Of a stretch of 64,000 nt of DNA, positions 58,071 to 64,000 are shown one piece after another. A model generated the notes under the pieces. It did not search any database and was not told the DNA's origin. It saw nothing but the letters and a program-made list of their open reading frames with translations. Source of the DNA: Candidatus Cryptobacteroides sp. (lineage in GTDB: Bacteria; Bacteroidota; Bacteroidia; Bacteroidales; UBA932); NCBI GenBank assembly GCA_045539115.1, contig JAZQES010000075.1, positions 46,015 through 110,014 of the forward strand, in the 5' to 3' direction. The translations under genes were made by a program, and so were the position numbers. Each line of letters begins with the position of its first letter. The stretch's first letter is position 1.

Positions 58071-59906
58071 ATGAATATGAAACTTATCAATAAAATATTA
58101 ATTGGTGCGGGAGTGTTGGCGGCCATGTCCGTGACTTCATGTCAGGATGCACTCACGACCTCTTCGCCATCGGCATTCGATGACAAGAATGTCTTCGCCC
58201 AGTATGAACTTGCCGAATTCAACATATTCTCGATTTATGAGGTTTTCGGCCATACGAATGCACATCGTGGACGTTATCTTCCTTGGTACGGATTCAATAC
58301 CGATATCGAAATCTATCTTGACAGCGGTGAAAAGAACGCTGACGAGAAGGGTGATATCGCCCAGTACGACATCAAGACAAACAACGGCCAACTTAACCTG
58401 GCCAACGGTCCTTACAATGAACTCATGGTAGGTGTGGAGCGTGCAAATCTTTGCGTGAACAGTCTCCGTACTTACGGTAATGTGGACAAGGATCCGATGA
58501 TGGCGTCGCTTCTCGGTGAGGCTCTCGTTGCACGTGCCCTTATCTACACTGAACTCCTCAAGGCTTTCGGTGAGGTTCCTGCACGTTTCGAGCCTATCAC
58601 TCCGGAGACCATCTATCTTCCTAAATCTGACAGGGATGTGATCTACAAGCAACTTCTCGCCGACCTTGAAGAGGCTTTCGATTATATGGCATGGCCAGGC
58701 CAGTCTGCCGCTACAATGAAGACTGACCGTCCTAGCCTCGCGTTTGCGAAGGGCCTTTATGCACGTCTTGCGCTCATGGCTTCCGGTTATGCACAGCGTC
58801 CTGATGACGGACTTGTGAATACTGGAAACACAGGTTCCGTAAGACTTTCTTCCGATCCTGAACTTTCAAAGGAAGTTCTTTATCCAAAGGTAAAGGCTGC
58901 TCTTGAAGATGTTGTTGCCAATGCAGGCCTCGAACTTTATTCGGACTACGAGCAACTTTGGAGGGACTTCAACAATTTCGACCTCGAGGCTGGTAAAGAA
59001 GTGATTTACTCTATTCCTCTCGGAGATGCCCGCGGAAGATGGAACTTCACTTTTGCCATCCGCAATGAAAACTACACCAAATGGTGCCCTACCACTTCAT
59101 CACGTGGAGGTTCAGCCGGCCCTGTACCGTCTCTCTTCTTCAAGTATGACAGGAATGGAAAGGACCAGCGTCGTGACGTAAGTTGTGCGAACTTCAAGAT
59201 GGAGAACGATGGAACAGACGATCTCTGCGTTCTTGCAGGTGCAGGTTCATGGTATTTCGGAAAATTCCGTTTCGACTGGCAGGAGACACTTCCTTACGGT
59301 GGTGGTAATGATGACGGCATCAAGCCTGTATACATGAGATATTCAGACATCCTTCTCATGCTTGCAGAGGTATGCAACGAACTCGATGACCAGGCTGCTG
59401 CGAAGGAATATCTCCTTCAGGTACGCAAGAGAGCATACAAGGGATACGAATCTGAGGCTGAGGCTTATGTTAACGGCCTTTCAGGCAAGGAAGCGATCTT
59501 CAATGCTATCGTTGATGAGCGTGCTCTTGAGTTTGTAGGTGAGTTCCTCCGCAAGGCTGACCTTATCCGTTGGAATCTTCTCAAGACCAAGATGGACGAG
59601 GCCAAGGCTGACATGTATGAACTTTCAGAGAAGACCGGTAACGTATATTATAAGTACAACGATGACGGTTATACTCTTTCAGTTTACGGATATAATGAAG
59701 GCGAACTTGGAGCAGATCCGGGTGCAGGCTGGCAGCCTTATACCGACTCCAAGGGAAATCCAGTAGAGAACTATTTCTCTGACATCAAGCCTGAAAGAAT
59801 CGAAAGACTCTACAGAAACGACCCTGATACCCGTCAGTGGTGGCCGATCTTTAACAATACCCTCACAAACAGCCAGGGTATGCTTGTAAATGATTACGGA
59901 TTCTAA
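58071..59906 (+). CDS. SusD/RagB glycan-binding lipoprotein
   Basis: Lipobox VTSC; GEALVARALIY..L...FGEVP, YMRYSDILLMLAE, ERALEFVGE and DLIRW motifs. Confidence 0.96.
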   Translation: MNMKLINKILIGAGVLAAMSVTSCQDALTTSSPSAFDDKNVFAQYELAEFNIFSIYEVFGHTNAHRGRYLPWYGFNTDIEIYLDSGEKNADEKGDIAQYDIKTNNGQLNLANGPYNELMVGVERANLCVNSLRTYGNVDKDPMMASLLGEALVARALIYTELLKAFGEVPARFEPITPETIYLPKSDRDVIYKQLLADLEEAFDYMAWPGQSAATMKTDRPSLAFAKGLYARLALMASGYAQRPDDGLVNTGNTGSVRLSSDPELSKEVLYPKVKAALEDVVANAGLELYSDYEQLWRDFNNFDLEAGKEVIYSIPLGDARGRWNFTFAIRNENYTKWCPTTSSRGGSAGPVPSLFFKYDRNGKDQRRDVSCANFKMENDGTDDLCVLAGAGSWYFGKFRFDWQETLPYGGGNDDGIKPVYMRYSDILLMLAEVCNELDDQAAAKEYLLQVRKRAYKGYESEAEAYVNGLSGKEAIFNAIVDERALEFVGEFLRKADLIRWNLLKTKMDEAKADMYELSEKTGNVYYKYNDDGYTLSVYGYNEGELGADPGAGWQPYTDSKGNPVENYFSDIKPERIERLYRNDPDTRQWWPIFNNTLTNSQGMLVNDYGF

Positions 59907-59923
59907 TAAAACCGAAACAAGAC

Positions 59924-62900
59924 ATGAAAAGAATATTATCTATATTGGCAATGGCTGTAGCGCTTTGCATGGCTTCTGTAAGTTGTGTGGAGCAGTTGCC
60001 TGAGGTACAGGAAGATCTCGCCCTTACGCGCTGTCTGATGCCGACGGAACTTTCAGCCAAGATTTCAAACGGCCAGGATGTCCAGTTCGGCTGGACCAAG
60101 GCCAAGGGAGCCACATATTTTGTGCTCGAAATTTATTCTGACGAGGCCATGACGACTCTCGTCGGAGAACCACACGAAATTCCTGTTGAGGATGTACCAT
60201 TCAAGATTACTCTTGATGCTGACAATACCTACTATGCCCGTGTGAAGGGTGTGGACGGAACAGGAGTCCTTCAGGATTCGAAATGGGCAGTTTACGATAG
60301 TCCTATCGTGACTACTGCCGTCAAGTCAAACATGTTCCTTGAATTCGTTGCAAAGACATCTGAGTCTGTTACAGTCAAGTGGGAGGCTCTTGATGATGAA
60401 CTTCAGCGTATCGAATGGGCGGAAGGCGAGACTGTTGAAAAGAGAGACCTTACAGCAGAGGAAATCGCTGCCGGTGAGGCTGTCGTTACAGGACTCAAGC
60501 CTGCAACTTCGTATACCGTTTCCATTTGGTATGCCAGTGCAAACCGTGGTGAGGTGGTTGTTCTTACCGATCCGGATCTGAACGGCTATACAGAGGTCGC
60601 TGACCTTGCCGCTCTTCAGTCTGCTCTCGCAGCAAAGGCTCCGAAGATCTATCTCAAGGCTGCCGGTTCACCATATGAACTTGGTGTATATGACCTTACA
60701 GCAGGCGTCGAAATCGTAGGTGAACAGGGCGTTGACGGTTCACGTCCGGTGATTGCCGGTGAGTTCCATATCGCTGACGGCTATGACGGAAAGGCTATCC
60801 GCTTCGAGACAGTCGAACTCAACGGTAACAAGGATGCATACGGTTTTGCGCTTCAACTCAAGAACGGTGGTGCTGAAGACAAGACTGTCGAAAGCATTCT
60901 CTTCAAGAACTGTAACATTACAGGTTACAGCAAGGGTCTCATGTATGAGTGGGGCAAGAAACTCTATACAGACCGTCTTGCATGGGATGGTTGCGTCATC
61001 TATGATGTGAACAAGAGTTTCGAGAACGGTGGTGACGGTATTGACTTCCGTAACGCATCGGACATCAAGTCATTCGAGGTCATCAACTGTACGGTATATA
61101 ACGGTTTCAGAACATTCCTCAGACTTGATGCTGCCTTGGTTGTAGGCGATCTCAAGATCGAGAACAACACTTTCATGAATGTAAGTTACAATGCCGGAAG
61201 CGCTAACGGCAACAACAGCGGACTCATGGGTATCAAGTGCACTCCGGCGACCGCTACATTCAAGAACAACCTTATACTCAATATGCCTGATGGTTGCGGA
61301 CTTTCAAGAAAGGCTGCTGCCAACCTTACTCCTGCCGAACTCGGAATGGTATATGCGAACAACCATTTCTATAATGTAGGTGCCACATTCTTTGCGGACG
61401 GTGATGACGCTGCAAACAACAACAGGGTGAAGCAGGAGGAGGCTCTTGCCGGTGGCGGAAGCATCCTTACAGCAGATCCTTGCTACAACGCAAAGGGCGG
61501 TGTGTTCAATCTCACCAATCCTGACCTCATTTCAGCGAAGGTAGGCGCTCCTCAGTGGCAGGTGGTTTTCGTAGAGAAGGAAGAAGATCTCACACTTGCA
61601 TGCCTCGAAGGACCTCATACTTGGGATTTCAACGACGCCAAGTATTTCACCGGTACCGTTGAGAAACCAAGAGTAAGGGATTATCTCCTTATGAGTGCCG
61701 CAGACAACAAACTCAACATCGCTGACGGTGCAATCGCATTCACAGGCGTGACTCCAACCAAGAAGGGCGTTCCTTCTGACGGTTATGTCGCATTCAAGGT
61801 GAACCAGCCTGGTTCTGTATATATCAATGCAACCGATCCTGAAGGCCTCGGAAATCATCTCGTTGTTGCTGTCGGACCTGTAGACGGTTCTACTGCGACT
61901 GTGAAGGGTGGTGCTGTTGCAAATTCAGACAATACCACTAACCAGAAGATCCTCATTTCTGACATTACCGAGGAATCTCTCGTATATGTCTATGCATCCG
62001 GTCCTATCAATCTCAGCGCTCTTGCATGGGCACTTGACCTCAGGCAGGTCAATACCGCTCTCGATACTCCTGCTCCTGAAATAGAGCCGGGCAAGGTTGA
62101 CGCTGGTGAGGCTGTAGAGGCAGTCGTTACTTGGGCTCCTGTCGAGAATGCAGGATCATATTCAGTGGTATTCAGCGGCAAGACATATGCTGTTGACGGA
62201 ACTACATACACCATCAGTTCTGATGTCGTCAAGTTCCTCGATGCAGGCTCTTACAAGGTTGAGGTTTATGCAAACCCTGCCGAAGGTGACATCTACAACA
62301 CCCAGTCATCAGCAGGTGTCACAGTGCTTACAATCGCTGCCAAGGCTGCTGCGGGCGGTTCGGAAGAGTTCATCGTTTCTTCTTCTGAAGACCTTCTCAA
62401 CGCAATCTCAAGCGGCAAGTCAGACATAACTCTCGCTTACTCGACAACTCCTTACGAACTTGGAACAGTAGTCGTTACATCTCCTCTCCGTCTTACCGGA
62501 CAGAAGAACGGTGACGCTTACACTCCAGTTGTGGCAAGTTTCAAGGTTTCAGGCGATTTCAAGGCCCTTGTCCTCAAGAACCTCGATATCGACGGAACAT
62601 CTCTTGAAGGTGCTGTGATCGTTGATGACAAGGAGGCTGAAAAGGATGCCGAAGGCTATCAGGTGAAGGCTGACACTGTTGCCATCTATGATTCTTACAT
62701 CCATGACGGCGCTCCACGTCTCTATGACAACAGCGGAAAGGCAGCATCATGTATCCAGAATGTGATATTCAACGGTGTGCATGTGAAGAATTACTCAAAG
62801 GGTAATGACATGATCGACTTCCGCGCAGGTGAATATCATAGAGTAAGCATCGTGAACTGTACATTCGAAGACTGTGCACGTACATTCATGCGTACTGACG

Positions 62901-64000
62901 CAGGCAGCGAGATCAACTATCTCACAGTCCGCAACAACACATTCTACAAGGTTTCCACTAATTCAACAAGCAAGGACAACAACGGTATCTTCCATGTAAG
63001 AAGTGCCGCCGGTTCAGGAATGCTTGATTACAGAATCGTAAACAACCTCTTCTATTCTATCCTTATCGATGAAACTCCTGAACATGCTAACGGATATCCT
63101 AGATTCATCAGCAAGAACGCGGCTGCCCTCAAACCTAATGTGATAGCAAACAACTACTTCTATAACATCGAGGAAAGAGAGGACAAGTCTGATTACAGTT
63201 GGTGGACCGTGAACTGTTCACGTGAGGATGGCCTCGCAGGCGGTGGAGTAGTTCTTCCGGCAGATCCTTGCAAGGATGCTGCAAGCGGCGACTTCACTCT
63301 TGTAAATGCTGTCGCAATGAACTCTAACATCGGAGCCCCTTGCTGGAATCCTATGAGAGGAAGCAATCCTTCGTCGGAAATCACAGTAGAGAATGTGAAC
63401 GACCTCCTTACCGCCATCTCGGCAGGAAAGAGCACAATCACATTGAAGGCCGGTACATATGACCTTGCAAGCGTTGCCGACGTTGCAGAAGTAAGTGACG
63501 GAGTTCTTGCAGTGACAGGTTCACTCAACCTCGTAGGTGAGGAAGGCGCAGCCCTTGTCGGTGGATTCAAGATTTCAGGTGACGCAGTGAAGACATTCAC
63601 ACTCCGCGGACTCGAAATCTCGGGTGCAGGAGCAATCCAGAACTTGATCGAGATCGGTTCAAAGGATGTAGCAATGACTTCTGTAGTTCTGAAGAACAAT
63701 GTCATTTCAGATTACAAGAACCGTCTGTTCTACATGAGCCAGGAAGGTGCTGTAATCTCTTCATTTGACATGACAGGCAACTATGTACATGACATGGGAA
63801 CGTCAGGCGACTTCTTCGATGTACGTAAGGGTGGCGTGACTGCTGTGAAGATTACAAACAACACATTTGCAAACGGTATCCGTACATTCATGCGTGTTGA
63901 CGCTGCTGTAGTTACCGGTAGTATCAAGGTTCAGAGCAACACATTCTACAACCTCGGTTATGTGGACAGCAAGGACAACAACGGTATCTTCCATGTCCGT
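59924..64000 (+). CDS. Very large surface lipoprotein (at least 1359 aa, 3'-truncated by the window): FN3 domains plus at least three DUF4957/DUF5123-like beta-helix modules; putative surface glycan-binding protein
   Basis: Not in the ORF track. My hand translation from ATG 59924 (MKRILSILAMAVALCMASVS-C) is open to the window end (...KDNNGIFHVR). Motifs DFR/DVR, RTF(L/M)R, NNTF, ADPC and GAP(Q/C)W repeat. Confidence 0.9.
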   Translation, partial: MKRILSILAMAVALCMASVSCVEQLPEVQEDLALTRCLMPTELSAKISNGQDVQFGWTKAKGATYFVLEIYSDEAMTTLVGEPHEIPVEDVPFKITLDADNTYYARVKGVDGTGVLQDSKWAVYDSPIVTTAVKSNMFLEFVAKTSESVTVKWEALDDELQRIEWAEGETVEKRDLTAEEIAAGEAVVTGLKPATSYTVSIWYASANRGEVVVLTDPDLNGYTEVADLAALQSALAAKAPKIYLKAAGSPYELGVYDLTAGVEIVGEQGVDGSRPVIAGEFHIADGYDGKAIRFETVELNGNKDAYGFALQLKNGGAEDKTVESILFKNCNITGYSKGLMYEWGKKLYTDRLAWDGCVIYDVNKSFENGGDGIDFRNASDIKSFEVINCTVYNGFRTFLRLDAALVVGDLKIENNTFMNVSYNAGSANGNNSGLMGIKCTPATATFKNNLILNMPDGCGLSRKAAANLTPAELGMVYANNHFYNVGATFFADGDDAANNNRVKQEEALAGGGSILTADPCYNAKGGVFNLTNPDLISAKVGAPQWQVVFVEKEEDLTLACLEGPHTWDFNDAKYFTGTVEKPRVRDYLLMSAADNKLNIADGAIAFTGVTPTKKGVPSDGYVAFKVNQPGSVYINATDPEGLGNHLVVAVGPVDGSTATVKGGAVANSDNTTNQKILISDITEESLVYVYASGPINLSALAWALDLRQVNTALDTPAPEIEPGKVDAGEAVEAVVTWAPVENAGSYSVVFSGKTYAVDGTTYTISSDVVKFLDAGSYKVEVYANPAEGDIYNTQSSAGVTVLTIAAKAAAGGSEEFIVSSSEDLLNAISSGKSDITLAYSTTPYELGTVVVTSPLRLTGQKNGDAYTPVVASFKVSGDFKALVLKNLDIDGTSLEGAVIVDDKEAEKDAEGYQVKADTVAIYDSYIHDGAPRLYDNSGKAASCIQNVIFNGVHVKNYSKGNDMIDFRAGEYHRVSIVNCTFEDCARTFMRTDAGSEINYLTVRNNTFYKVSTNSTSKDNNGIFHVRSAAGSGMLDYRIVNNLFYSILIDETPEHANGYPRFISKNAAALKPNVIANNYFYNIEEREDKSDYSWWTVNCSREDGLAGGGVVLPADPCKDAASGDFTLVNAVAMNSNIGAPCWNPMRGSNPSSEITVENVNDLLTAISAGKSTITLKAGTYDLASVADVAEVSDGVLAVTGSLNLVGEEGAALVGGFKISGDAVKTFTLRGLEISGAGAIQNLIEIGSKDVAMTSVVLKNNVISDYKNRLFYMSQEGAVISSFDMTGNYVHDMGTSGDFFDVRKGGVTAVKITNNTFANGIRTFMRVDAAVVTGSIKVQSNTFYNLGYVDSKDNNGIFHVR

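Noticed and set aside
1-64000. CRISPR array, prophage, IS or integrase
   Set aside because: I saw no regularly spaced repeat-spacer array and no transposase, integrase or phage-like ORF.

Overview
This 64-kb window is chromosomal DNA from an anaerobic Bacteroidales-type bacterium (inferred from SusC/SusD, a hybrid two-component system, TAnnTTTG -7 promoter boxes and Bacteroidetes-style lipoproteins). From left to right: (1) a xylose/glucuronate locus (partial uxuA, xylB-xylA-xylE) converging on GH115, a short L-arabinose/L-fucose-isomerase-like gene and GH31; (2) tRNA-Arg(ACG), rplS, grpE-dnaJ; (3) kdgK-eda-exuT divergent from a LacI regulator and a GlpT-type transporter; (4) housekeeping genes (ABC-F ATPase, reverse rubrerythrin, addB/addA-like, DUF4290, ftsK, lolA-like, FISUMP-lemA-TPM-TPM, apbE, comEC, ackA-ptb-buk); (5) a homogalacturonan/pectin PUL (GH28, CE12-CE8, HTCS, GH105-PL1 fusion, FN3-PL1, SusC, SusD). 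The PUL ends in a lipoprotein of at least 1359 aa with tandem beta-helix modules; the ORF track misses it because it runs off the window. I found no integrase, transposase, phage gene or CRISPR array. The most notable observations are an 18-nt identical LacI-type operator shared by the kdgK/regulator region and the susC promoter 36 kb away, the triplicated-module surface lipoprotein, a 108-bp branched palindromic element with perfect 23-bp terminal inverted repeats, two GTCAT-tagged REP-like doublets in the xyl operon, a triple 12-bp repeat next to the tRNA 3' end, and the GH105-PL1 fusion. All family assignments come from motif recognition by eye; no database searches were run.
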